Positions 24,307 to 33,308 of a DNA stretch of 48,859 nt are shown here, in pieces. Below the pieces are notes generated by a model, which was given only the letters and a program-made list of their open reading frames with translations, was not told the DNA's origin and made no database searches. The position numbers and the translations under genes were made by a program. Source of the DNA: an uncultured Bacteroidales bacterium (GTDB lineage: Bacteria; Bacteroidota; Bacteroidia; Bacteroidales; UBA4417); NCBI GenBank assembly GCA_903887815.1, contig CAISRK010000473.1, positions 1 to 48,859 of the forward strand, given 5' to 3'. How positions within the stretch are numbered: position 1 is the first letter of the stretch; every line of letters starts with the position of its first letter.

Positions 24307-27027
24307 TTGAAAATTCCGGAAACCATAAAAAAGCTAATAGCGTTCGACACGTATGGGTGGATTGCCACTGCATCCATAATACTGTGTGCCGTATCCGGAG
24401 TTTTACTCGTGGTGCCTTATGATGTGGCAAATCCTTACCTTTCGGTTACCCGGCTTGTAACTGCAAATCCGGCTGCCTCACTGGCAAGGAATATACACTA
24501 CTGGAGCGCACAGCTGTTTCTGATCCTGACACTTATACACATTTTCGACCATCTGAGGGGAAATACTGAAACCAACATCAAGAAGAAAAGTGTATGGTTA
24601 AGGCTGACACTTTCCATACTATTTTCTCTTTATGTTATGCTTTCGGGGTTTATACTGAAAGCCGACGGCGACAGCCAGCAGGCGCATCGCATACTTTCGT
24701 CGCTTATCAGCAGCCTGCCTTTGATAGGGACTTTGCTGAAGCAGACATTTATCGGCCCGGAAGGGAATTTCCAGGTTCTGTATATACAACACGCTTCCAC
24801 AGCCACCATTATACTTTTTATAGTAATCATGGAGCACGCACGGAGCCTGAAAGTGAATACGTCAACCCTGCTGATTACGGCTGTTATAATTGTCGTCTTC
24901 AGCTTTCTTTTCCGCGCACCCGTTAACGGGTTAAATGATGCCGTTATGAAAGGGCCCTGGTATTTTGTCGGGTTACAGGAAACGCTCCACTGGGTTTCGA
25001 ATCCGCTCATGGTTTCGGCTGGATTACTTATACTTCTTGCCTTGATATACCTTGTTCCATGGGTGAAACCAATTTATAGCAGGTTAATCAAACGGTTTTT
25101 TGTTGCAATGATCCTGCTTTACGTGATGCTAACCCTGGCAGGGTTTTTCTTCCGCGGGCCAATGTGGCAATGGCAATGGCCCTGGGAAAAGCAGTATAAG
25201 CCGCAGACCTTTTTGTACCCTGAGAAAATCAGCTTTTCAGCCGCTGATACAGCACAGCTTACTATAATACAGGGACATGCCGAGGGTTGTGTTTCGTGCC
25301 ATAAAGGAATGAGTGGCTTTTCGGATGCACACCAACCTGAATATATCGGCTGTTATTCATGCCATGGCGGCGATCCGCTTACGCTTAACAAAACCAAAGC
25401 ACATGCGAAAATGTTCGCATTTCCGGGCGACTTATCCAACGCTGCCGAAGCCTGCGGAAACCAGGGTTGCCATCCTTCAATAGTGAACCGTGTGGACAAA
25501 TCGCTTATGGCCACGCTGGGTGGCATAATAAGTGTCGATAAATGGGTTTTCGGTGAAACCTCCGACCTGAACAGCCGCGAGCATGTCGATGATATAGGGA
25601 GTACAGCAGCAGGAACCCATTTGCGGAATCTTTGTGCCGGCTGCCACCTTGGGAACGAGAAAACTAAAACCGGCCCCGCTGCCTGGCTTGAGAGGGGTGG
25701 CGGATGCCTGGCCTGTCATCTCACTTATGATAAAAAAGCGTTAAGTACTTTGCAGCAAATGAAGAAACGACAGGCAGGCGATACTTCGCTTCCCATGTTC
25801 CACCCGGCACTGGACCTGAATATTACAAACGATAAATGCAAAAGCTGCCACAGCCGTTCAGGTCGCATATCGATGAACTATGAAGGATGGAACGAAACCG
25901 GGTTAAAACCTGAGGATGTTAAAGGAAAGCAGAACTACCAGGTTTTGCCCGATAAACGTGTATTTGCAAAAATGCCCGATGATATCCACCATCAGAAAGG
26001 AATGCTGTGTATCGACTGCCATGGCTCCTTAGAACTTATGGGCGATAGAAAACTTTATTCACACAAGGAAGATGCTGTAAAAATACAATGCAGCGACTGC
26101 CATACGAGAAAGGTTAACAACCAGATTTACCTGGTATCGGCCGATCGTGAAACCCAGCTTATTTCGTGGTCGCGGAAATACAAAGCCGAGGGAGTACAGG
26201 TATTAGCCACACAAAAGGGGCTTTTCCCTCTTGTTAATACTATAGTTGAAGAACAAGGTTCCCGTTTAAGCCTGATTACAAAATCCGGTTCAGGTATTAT
26301 TGTAATGAAACCGCCTGCAAGAGCCTGTACCGAAGGCAAAGCCCACGAAAGGCTGAGCTGCGATGCATGCCATACATCATGGGCACCGCAATGCATTGGC
26401 TGCCACAACAGCTATGAAAGCCAGACTGCAGGATTCGATATGCTGCAAAACAAAATCCGAAAAGGCACCTGGATTGAATATGCCACCGAAGGCGTGGCTG
26501 ATTTACCCGTACTGGGGATTAATGCAACGGATAAAACAAAGAAAAACGGCCAGGTTGGCACTTTTACCCCTGGAATGATTCTGACTATTGAAAAAGGATC
26601 TTTTACCAAAGGAGAAAAAACGGTCTTTCACCGTCTGTATGCCCCTTCGTCGGCACATACAACTCAACGGAAAGGAAGGAGTTGCAAATCGTGCCACAAC
26701 GAACCGCTGGCAATAGGCTACGGAAGAGGAAAACTGGTGCTTTCAAAAGAAGGCCGCTGGACATTCGAACCTTTATTCGAAAACAACAGGTGCGATGGAT
26801 TGCCCGAAGATGCCTGGACCGGTTTCCTGAAGGAACGGAACGATCAGGCGGCAACGCGCATAGGGATGAGGCCGTTTAACCTGTCCGAACAAAAGAAAAT
26901 TCTTACCGCAGGAGCCTGCCTTACCTGCCATAAAGAAGATTCAAAGGTGATGAAAGAAGGCCTGCAGAATTTCGAGGCAGTTTCCGGGAATATGAGAGCG
27001 GTGTGCGTAAAACCAAGGTTTGATTAA
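24307..27027 (+). CDS. Cytochrome b6 + subunit-IV-like membrane domain fused to a periplasmic multihaem (about 12 haem) c-type cytochrome
   Basis: TTG start 2 nt after the Rieske stop. 7 predicted TM helices. R61xxH64-x13-H78 in helix B and H162-x14-H177 in helix D. PWYF (217-220) sits at the PEWY position. Residues 328-885 carry 11 CxxCH motifs (CVSCH, CYSCH, CAGCH, CLACH, CKSCH, CIDCH, CSDCH, CDACH, CIGCH, CKSCH, CLTCH) plus CGNQGCH (Cx4CH). Confidence 0.85.
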   Translation: MKIPETIKKLIAFDTYGWIATASIILCAVSGVLLVVPYDVANPYLSVTRLVTANPAASLARNIHYWSAQLFLILTLIHIFDHLRGNTETNIKKKSVWLRLTLSILFSLYVMLSGFILKADGDSQQAHRILSSLISSLPLIGTLLKQTFIGPEGNFQVLYIQHASTATIILFIVIMEHARSLKVNTSTLLITAVIIVVFSFLFRAPVNGLNDAVMKGPWYFVGLQETLHWVSNPLMVSAGLLILLALIYLVPWVKPIYSRLIKRFFVAMILLYVMLTLAGFFFRGPMWQWQWPWEKQYKPQTFLYPEKISFSAADTAQLTIIQGHAEGCVSCHKGMSGFSDAHQPEYIGCYSCHGGDPLTLNKTKAHAKMFAFPGDLSNAAEACGNQGCHPSIVNRVDKSLMATLGGIISVDKWVFGETSDLNSREHVDDIGSTAAGTHLRNLCAGCHLGNEKTKTGPAAWLERGGGCLACHLTYDKKALSTLQQMKKRQAGDTSLPMFHPALDLNITNDKCKSCHSRSGRISMNYEGWNETGLKPEDVKGKQNYQVLPDKRVFAKMPDDIHHQKGMLCIDCHGSLELMGDRKLYSHKEDAVKIQCSDCHTRKVNNQIYLVSADRETQLISWSRKYKAEGVQVLATQKGLFPLVNTIVEEQGSRLSLITKSGSGIIVMKPPARACTEGKAHERLSCDACHTSWAPQCIGCHNSYESQTAGFDMLQNKIRKGTWIEYATEGVADLPVLGINATDKTKKNGQVGTFTPGMILTIEKGSFTKGEKTVFHRLYAPSSAHTTQRKGRSCKSCHNEPLAIGYGRGKLVLSKEGRWTFEPLFENNRCDGLPEDAWTGFLKERNDQAATRIGMRPFNLSEQKKILTAGACLTCHKEDSKVMKEGLQNFEAVSGNMRAVCVKPRFD

Positions 27028-27057
27028 CTGGCGTATCTGCCTTTAGTCACACAATAA

Positions 27058-27088
27058 GTCTCCCCAAACCGGAAAAGAAAGGGGAGAC
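27058..27088. terminator. Possible hairpin terminator between convergent genes
   Basis: 8-bp stem gtctcccc / ggggagac with a 15-nt loop, 30 nt after the stop at 27027. There is no clear U-tract. Confidence 0.35.
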
Positions 27089-27204
27089 AAATCAATGGAA
27101 GACAATATTAAAACCTGATATACAAACCTGCCATTAACCGCCTTAAATCAATAGCTAAGAGGAAGTAGTCCGTTATTCAGTTTTTTCGGGAATCAGAATA
27201 TCAA

Positions 27205-28260
27205 CTAAATGTATTTTTTCGATTTTTGGTTACCCTGGGCATCGTAATTAACTTGTACTGTCTTCCGTTCGCCGGTAAATGTTCCGACTTCCTCTTTGAT
27301 GGTGGTAGAAGGTCGCGGACCTTTCCCTACATCAGAAGCCATTCCCGACATTACTGCAAGGATAATTGCGCCAACCACAACTATGAATGAGGTAGCAAGC
27401 GTTGTCCAGAAAATGCAAAATGCCGGTATCAGAAGAATCAGGCTGCGCACTATACCGGCTTTTGTCCCGAATTCAATAATGCTCCGGTATACAGCCCAGC
27501 CATAAAATCCAAGGAAAAATACCTGCAGCGACCAGTAAAACTTTACAACAAACACGGATTCGGACGGGTACATAAAAACAGGCAGATGCATGACGAAATC
27601 TTTAAACCTGAGGTCGTAAAATAAGATGGTGAGACCTGCCAGAGCACCGAAAACTGCCGAAGCAACAAGGAAAGCAACCCCCGCCTTATTAATTTTAGGC
27701 CTTTTACCCGACCATTTATAAAATATCCTGTCGATCATGCCTGAGAATATAAGGAAGAGAGCTGAGATCAGCAGTGTAACTCCCAAAACGATCCAAAACT
27801 CTTTATGCGTAAACCGGATCATTGAATCGAGTGCACGTTTTATGCGTCCGTTCCAGGGGCTTGTCCCTTCCTTATAGCAATATTTCGGAAGAGTAACCAG
27901 GTTTAAAACATAGGCCAGACTGCTGTCGGGCAGGCGGACAAGCGCTATCTTCTTGCCGGCAAGCGTTTGAATTTCAATCACTTTGAAGCTGTCGCCCGAT
28001 TTAAGAGTATCCGTCTTCCAATCAAAGAACTCTTTAGTTGCAAGGTCAGTTTTATCAGGATATACGACAAACTGTTTGGCATCCACGATGAAAACATCAC
28101 CTGCCGAAGCATTCAGCAACGAAATGCTATCAGAATACGCAGTATTTTTATCCGGTGTACTGTCAACCGGGGTTTTTGATTTACCGGCGTAGCTCACATA
28201 ATGTAGCAATAGCAAAGAGGCAAATAGAGTGGTAAGCAGTTTTGTGCCTTTGAGTTCCAT
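27205..28260 (-). CDS. Hypothetical membrane protein (signal peptide, ~140-aa extracytoplasmic domain, ~5 TM helices)
   Basis: 351-aa ORF. N-terminal signal (LLTTLFASLLLLHYVSYA) and several long hydrophobic segments in the C-terminal half. No motif recognised. Confidence 0.6.
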   Translation of the reverse strand: MELKGTKLLTTLFASLLLLHYVSYAGKSKTPVDSTPDKNTAYSDSISLLNASAGDVFIVDAKQFVVYPDKTDLATKEFFDWKTDTLKSGDSFKVIEIQTLAGKKIALVRLPDSSLAYVLNLVTLPKYCYKEGTSPWNGRIKRALDSMIRFTHKEFWIVLGVTLLISALFLIFSGMIDRIFYKWSGKRPKINKAGVAFLVASAVFGALAGLTILFYDLRFKDFVMHLPVFMYPSESVFVVKFYWSLQVFFLGFYGWAVYRSIIEFGTKAGIVRSLILLIPAFCIFWTTLATSFIVVVGAIILAVMSGMASDVGKGPRPSTTIKEEVGTFTGERKTVQVNYDAQGNQKSKKYI

Positions 28261-28357
28261 AAATTTTTTTAGGTTAGATACCGGTTTTTTCGGAAAATCA
28301 ATTCATTAATTATGTGGCATTACCTTTTCAGCGAATAGTTGCTCTTTTTTGGCAATG

Positions 28358-29005
28358 CTAATTCCAGCCTTTCGCCTTTTTATAGTCATCATTGCTTTTA
28401 AACAGTATTTTCTTCATTTCGGCATTAGCCTTATTGATGGATATAACACCTGAAACCTTTTGTGTTTCACCGGCTTTCATTTCTTTGCTTACTGCCAGCA
28501 CAAACCAGTGATCATAGGCATGGTCTTTTATTACCTGGTTATTTTCGTTCAGCATGAGTGCGGGGACCGATAACTGCACATTCTGCCCGCCCATGGTTTT
28601 CTCCGAATCAGCTTTCAGTTCAATGGTAGCTTCGAGGGTAGCCCTGTCCCAGTCGAGGGCTGTAATTTTTACATCTTTAACCACATACGCAGTATTCCCT
28701 GTTGAATCAACAAACGGTATTGTAATAGGCAAGCCCATTTTGGCGGCTTCGGCTTTAAATTCAGCCTTTGAATCTTCTTCCAGCTTTGTAAGTTTTGATT
28801 GTGCAGCCACAAGGTCGTCGACTGATTTCGCTTCAGTTTTAGCTTTGGCCGTAAATGAAGAATCTTCATCATGATACGCTTGTTTTATGGAAACCAGCTT
28901 GCCAAAATAGCCTTTGCTTTCCAGATCTTTTTTGGAAGTGCCGCTTCCGCATGAGGCTAAGAATACGATCATAGCCAGGCTAACAAGATTAAATAGGATT
29001 TTCAT
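28358..29005 (-). CDS. Hypothetical lipoprotein
   Basis: I moved the start to the internal ATG at 29005, giving MKILFNLVSLAMIVFLASCGS (signal + lipobox). The ORF-track start at 29044 is a TTG. Confidence 0.6.
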   Translation of the reverse strand: MKILFNLVSLAMIVFLASCGSGTSKKDLESKGYFGKLVSIKQAYHDEDSSFTAKAKTEAKSVDDLVAAQSKLTKLEEDSKAEFKAEAAKMGLPITIPFVDSTGNTAYVVKDVKITALDWDRATLEATIELKADSEKTMGGQNVQLSVPALMLNENNQVIKDHAYDHWFVLAVSKEMKAGETQKVSGVISINKANAEMKKILFKSNDDYKKAKGWN

Positions 29006-29151
29006 ACTGTTATGATTTTTTGTTATACATAAATGTTTCGGCAAATCTATGCCTGTAAAGCAGGGTAATGCAAATAGTTCCGGTGCTGATTTATGAATCA
29101 GTACAAGGTGGAAAGCGACTAAGAAGGATGGTGATTGAAAATGAAAACTAT

Positions 29152-31113
29152 TTATTGAATACCAGCTCTTTGCTGATCAATAAATTCACTCGGGGTAATT
29201 CCTTTTATTTTTTTAAAGGCAGCATTAAAGGCACTTTTGGAGTTAAATCCAACTGACTGGGCAATACCTTCAATGCTCAAATACTGTTGTTTCTGGTTAA
29301 CAAGCTGGCTACAGGCTTCTTCGATCCTGAATTGATTTAAGAACAAATTGAAATTCTGCCCTGTAAGTTCATTTATCACTTTCGAAAGATAAGAGGTATT
29401 GGTTTCGAGCAGTTCGGCAAGGTCGTGCAGGCTCAGGTCGGAGCGGAGGAAATATTTTTCGTCCTGCATTTTCTGTTGAAGCCGCAGCCAGATATTTTGC
29501 TGCATTTCTTCGCTGATAATTAGCTTCGGCGATTTATCGGCAATACCATTGCGTCCCAAATGGCTCTTTGCTTCATTATCCGAAAGCGGGCTATAAGCCG
29601 GGGCAGCCCGTTTCCTGCCAAATACTTTTGTGGAAACACCAAGCAGAATCAGTATTCCAAGGATTGTGAGGATAAGAGTGAAATATCGAATGTAGCCGGG
29701 GCCCGATTTTTCCTTTTCTTTAACCGCCAGATCGATAAGCTGGTCGGAGTTAAGTTCGCTGAGAAGTTCCTGCTGCCGGAGCGGCACAACAGCATTTCGC
29801 ACCGAATCGCCTGCTTCGACATATTTACGGAAATACGCCAGGGCCATACTTTCATCTCCTGTAAGATGGAAAAGATCAGCCATGGATTTTAGGTTGTCAA
29901 GAAAGAAAACATTATTACCGGTTTCGCGCGATAGTTTAAGGCTTGTATTAAAACTGGCCAGTGCATCGGTGAAATCTTTATCCAATACCTGGAACCGGGC
30001 TTTTGAGTTATAAAAAACGATGGCCGAAAGCGGATCGCCTGCGCGGTGCATGTATTTTTCCGCTTCTGTAAGCGACACCAGGATAGGTTCGTACTTTTTC
30101 ATGGTCATGTAAACATCGGCTATGTTGCATGCCGCGAAACAAGCGCCCTGCCAATCCAGGGTCATGGTATCCGACTGTATCGTTCTGGTGAACCACGATA
30201 AGGCTTCATTGTATTTTTTCTGCTCTATACTGTACATCCCCAGCATATTCTGGGCATAGCCCAATCCTTTTTTGTCCTTCAATTTAGTAAATATAGCAAC
30301 GGATTTTTCGAGTGTAAGAAGGGTAAGGTCCTTGGGCGAACTCCCTTTATATACGCCGGATATATTGCAATAAAGGTATCCGAGAAACATGCTGTCGCTG
30401 TATTTCTCGCAGAGCCGGGTAGCCTTAACGAGTACTTTCTGCGCAAGATCATTCATTCCTGCATCGTTGTAAAGCAAACCCACTGAAATTAAAGACCGTC
30501 CGCTGGTAGCTTTATCATTGCAGAGGAGAAATTCTTTCTCAGCCAACCTAAGGTATTCGACAAACTCTTTGAGTTCTCCTTTTTTTTGTGAAATCCTGGC
30601 AAGAAGCACATAGGTTTTAGCAAGTACAAGCCCATCGTTGCACGACTGCGATGATTTTACCGCAACCAGGCAAATTGCATTTGCCCTAGCAAAGTCGTTA
30701 ACGGCAAAAAAATATTTAGCCTGTGCCAGGTAAAAATCGGGATCGAATTGTTGTTGCCCGGTTTGAGCATAGGCTTTTTCGGCATAAGCGAGGACTTTTG
30801 CTATCGAATCGTTCGGTAAACCATTTTGCAGCAAAAGAGTTGCCTTATTTGTATAAGCCCTTGCAATCCAGAGGTGGTCATTTATTTTAGTTGCCTCTTC
30901 CAGGGCTGTATGATTCAGCGACATGGCTTTGGCAACCGAATCGGTATACAGCAATGAAAGTTTCAACAATAAATCCACTTTCGTGCTTCCCGAAGCCGTT
31001 GCGAGTTGCTGCTGAAGCGATGATTTCTGATTCCGGAAATTAATCCCGGCCGCACAGTCAGCCGAAAATGAAACGAAAAATGCTAAAAAAAACAATATGA
31101 AATATTTCAACAT
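29152..31113 (-). CDS. TPR-repeat, membrane-spanning AraC-family transcriptional regulator
   Basis: Signal/TM at the N-terminus, a long TPR-like helical region, one TM (YFTLILTILGILILLGV), and a C-terminal HTH_AraC (LSLHDLAELLETNTSYLSKVINELTG...IAQSVGFNSKSAFNAAFKKIKGITPSEF). Confidence 0.8.
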   Translation of the reverse strand: MLKYFILFFLAFFVSFSADCAAGINFRNQKSSLQQQLATASGSTKVDLLLKLSLLYTDSVAKAMSLNHTALEEATKINDHLWIARAYTNKATLLLQNGLPNDSIAKVLAYAEKAYAQTGQQQFDPDFYLAQAKYFFAVNDFARANAICLVAVKSSQSCNDGLVLAKTYVLLARISQKKGELKEFVEYLRLAEKEFLLCNDKATSGRSLISVGLLYNDAGMNDLAQKVLVKATRLCEKYSDSMFLGYLYCNISGVYKGSSPKDLTLLTLEKSVAIFTKLKDKKGLGYAQNMLGMYSIEQKKYNEALSWFTRTIQSDTMTLDWQGACFAACNIADVYMTMKKYEPILVSLTEAEKYMHRAGDPLSAIVFYNSKARFQVLDKDFTDALASFNTSLKLSRETGNNVFFLDNLKSMADLFHLTGDESMALAYFRKYVEAGDSVRNAVVPLRQQELLSELNSDQLIDLAVKEKEKSGPGYIRYFTLILTILGILILLGVSTKVFGRKRAAPAYSPLSDNEAKSHLGRNGIADKSPKLIISEEMQQNIWLRLQQKMQDEKYFLRSDLSLHDLAELLETNTSYLSKVINELTGQNFNLFLNQFRIEEACSQLVNQKQQYLSIEGIAQSVGFNSKSAFNAAFKKIKGITPSEFIDQQRAGIQ

Positions 31114-31230
31114 AAATTCCGCGAAGCTGGTTAGTTTATACGGGTGGTTTTGGATTTACAGGTTTAAATATATTTCTCCTTCCTAATAATCAGCAAATCA
31201 ATACGTTCAGTATATTCAACAAATTACAGA

Positions 31231-31818
31231 TCATGCCTGGTTCATCATAACCTCGGCATTACACAGATCCTGCTTCGAATTTACATTATAAAATAACCTG
31301 TCGGTATAAAAATCTAAAATTTTATCAATAACCAGTTTGTTGATACTGATTTCCCCGAAAAGATCCGGCAATTTGTAATTTCCCGTTTGTATAAACGTAC
31401 TCATTTTAGCGAGGACTGATGCCGCGTAATACCCGCAGAGCGGCTCATAATGCCGGTTGCCTTCCCAGGGAACCGCAACCTGGTAACCCGCTGCATTTTC
31501 AAGGATAAACTTTATTAAACCATTCGAAACAAAGGGCAAATCGCACGAAAGTACAAGGTTCATTTCGGTATCACTTTTGCGCAAAGCGGAATAAATACCA
31601 CCCATCGGACCAATACCGGGAAACTCATCGGGTACCACCCTGAATCCAAAGGATTGGTAGGATTCGGATGACGAACTGATTATAATGTTTGAACAAATCC
31701 CTGACAGCAATTCAATAGCATAATTTATAAGCGGCTTACCACAAAGCAGCTGCAAGCCTTTCTCGGTTCCCATACGGGTGCTTTTTCCGCCTGCCAGAAT
31801 AATTCCGGTTACTTCCAT
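31231..31818 (-). CDS. mobA: Molybdenum cofactor guanylyltransferase
   Basis: GIILAGGKSTRMGTEKGL, GKPL, GPMGGIYSAL and SCDLPF motifs. 195 aa. Confidence 0.85.
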   Translation of the reverse strand: MEVTGIILAGGKSTRMGTEKGLQLLCGKPLINYAIELLSGICSNIIISSSSESYQSFGFRVVPDEFPGIGPMGGIYSALRKSDTEMNLVLSCDLPFVSNGLIKFILENAAGYQVAVPWEGNRHYEPLCGYYAASVLAKMSTFIQTGNYKLPDLFGEISINKLVIDKILDFYTDRLFYNVNSKQDLCNAEVMMNQA

Positions 31819-31967
31819 CAGCTTATTATAGGTGTTTAATATATTTCCTGGTCAGAATACTAAAGTTTGCGGTCAGCTGTTGGCAGTTGGCAAGAAAATT
31901 TAAATAGCACTACCAGGAAAAGGTATACCGCCCACTGTCCATTGCCAATTAATTATCCACAAATTAC

Positions 31968-33206
31968 TCAATGTTTAAAGAACAGGCAACTATCGCCGTA
32001 ACTCAGGAAACGGAAATCATTGTCCAGGGCATACTGGTATGCATCTTTCCATTGTTCGCCGACGAATGCTGCTACCAGGAGCAGCAAAGTGCTTTTGGGC
32101 TGGTGAAAGTTGGTGATTATTGCATCGGGTAAACGATAGGTATAACCGGGTGCTATCATAAGCGAAGTGGAACCATGTAACTCAGCCAGGCCGGCACTTT
32201 CGAGTGTATCAACCACGCATTGAAGTGCTTCCTCAGCTGAAACTTCCTTTTCGGACAAACCGCAATACGGATCCCATTGCTCAATATGCATTACAGGCAA
32301 TACGGGTTTTTGCTGCAGCCATTTAACGCCCTGCCAGTAAACACTTTCGAGGGTGCGGACGGTAGTAGTACCTACAAGTGTGATATGCCTGTTTTTATCC
32401 TTCAAAATCTCTTTGAGCAAGCTAACAGGAACAATCACCTGCTCGGAATGCATATGGTGTTCACCAATTGTGTCGGAGCTTACCGGCTTAAATGTTCCTG
32501 CACCCACATGCAGGGTAACCGATCCTGTTTCGATATTTTTATTTGCCAGCGTAACCAGAACTTCGGGTGTAAAATGCAAACCGGCAGTTGGTGCAGCCAC
32601 GGAGCCATCGTTACGGGCAAAAACCGTCTGGTAGCGTCTATTGTCGGCTTCGGAAGCTTCGCGGGAAATATAAGGCGGCAGTGGGATTTTACCGAAAAAT
32701 TCAAGTACCTGGGCAAAATTCAGGTCAGCAGGAGTCCATCCGAAACGGATTAAGAAAGTTCCATCGGCCTTCGAAATCATCTCAGCCGAAAGGCTGACCG
32801 CAACGCCTCCGGTTTCACCTTCCATAACAAGGAGGCCTGATTTCCAGCGGCGGGCATTGCCGACCAGGCATTTCCAGGTGCAGCCGCGCTGCTGCTGGAA
32901 AGCCAGTTGAATATCGTTTGTAGGTTCAACGGGCTCGAGGCAGAATATTTCGATCTGCGAACCGCTGACTTTTCTGAAAAGCAGCCGTGCATGCACCACG
33001 CGTGTTTCGTTGGAAATCAGCAGGCTGCCAGCAGGAAGATAGGTCGCAATATTTGCAAAAACATCCCTCCTTGTTTCATTTGCTTTGAGTACCAGTAATT
33101 TCGACTTATCACGCACTTCGAGCGGGAACTGGGCTATCTGGCCAGCTGGCAAAGGATAGTCATATTTTTCGATACGGATGGTACGGATTGAATCGGGCAT
33201 GAGCAA
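31968..33206 (-). CDS. queA: S-adenosylmethionine:tRNA ribosyltransferase-isomerase
   Basis: YDYPLPAGQIAQFPLEVRDKSKLLV, IPLPPYI, YQTVFA, GSVAAPTAGLHFT, VTLHVGAGTFKPV, VGTTTVRTLES and NFHQPKSTLLLLVAAF. The start may be Met1 or Met3. Confidence 0.9.
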   Translation of the reverse strand: MLMPDSIRTIRIEKYDYPLPAGQIAQFPLEVRDKSKLLVLKANETRRDVFANIATYLPAGSLLISNETRVVHARLLFRKVSGSQIEIFCLEPVEPTNDIQLAFQQQRGCTWKCLVGNARRWKSGLLVMEGETGGVAVSLSAEMISKADGTFLIRFGWTPADLNFAQVLEFFGKIPLPPYISREASEADNRRYQTVFARNDGSVAAPTAGLHFTPEVLVTLANKNIETGSVTLHVGAGTFKPVSSDTIGEHHMHSEQVIVPVSLLKEILKDKNRHITLVGTTTVRTLESVYWQGVKWLQQKPVLPVMHIEQWDPYCGLSEKEVSAEEALQCVVDTLESAGLAELHGSTSLMIAPGYTYRLPDAIITNFHQPKSTLLLLVAAFVGEQWKDAYQYALDNDFRFLSYGDSCLFFKH

Positions 33207-33308
33207 AGCAAAAGTGAGGTGGTAAAATTACTTATTTTCGGCCATCCACCCATTACAGATACCAGAGCTGGATTTTGGAATGCATCCAGGCGGAAATCAC
33301 TGTATAAT

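Noticed and set aside
32277-32753. 158-aa plus-strand ORF, plus several 60-95-aa ORFs around it
   Set aside because: They are antisense to or out of frame with queA, whose translation carries all the QueA signature motifs.
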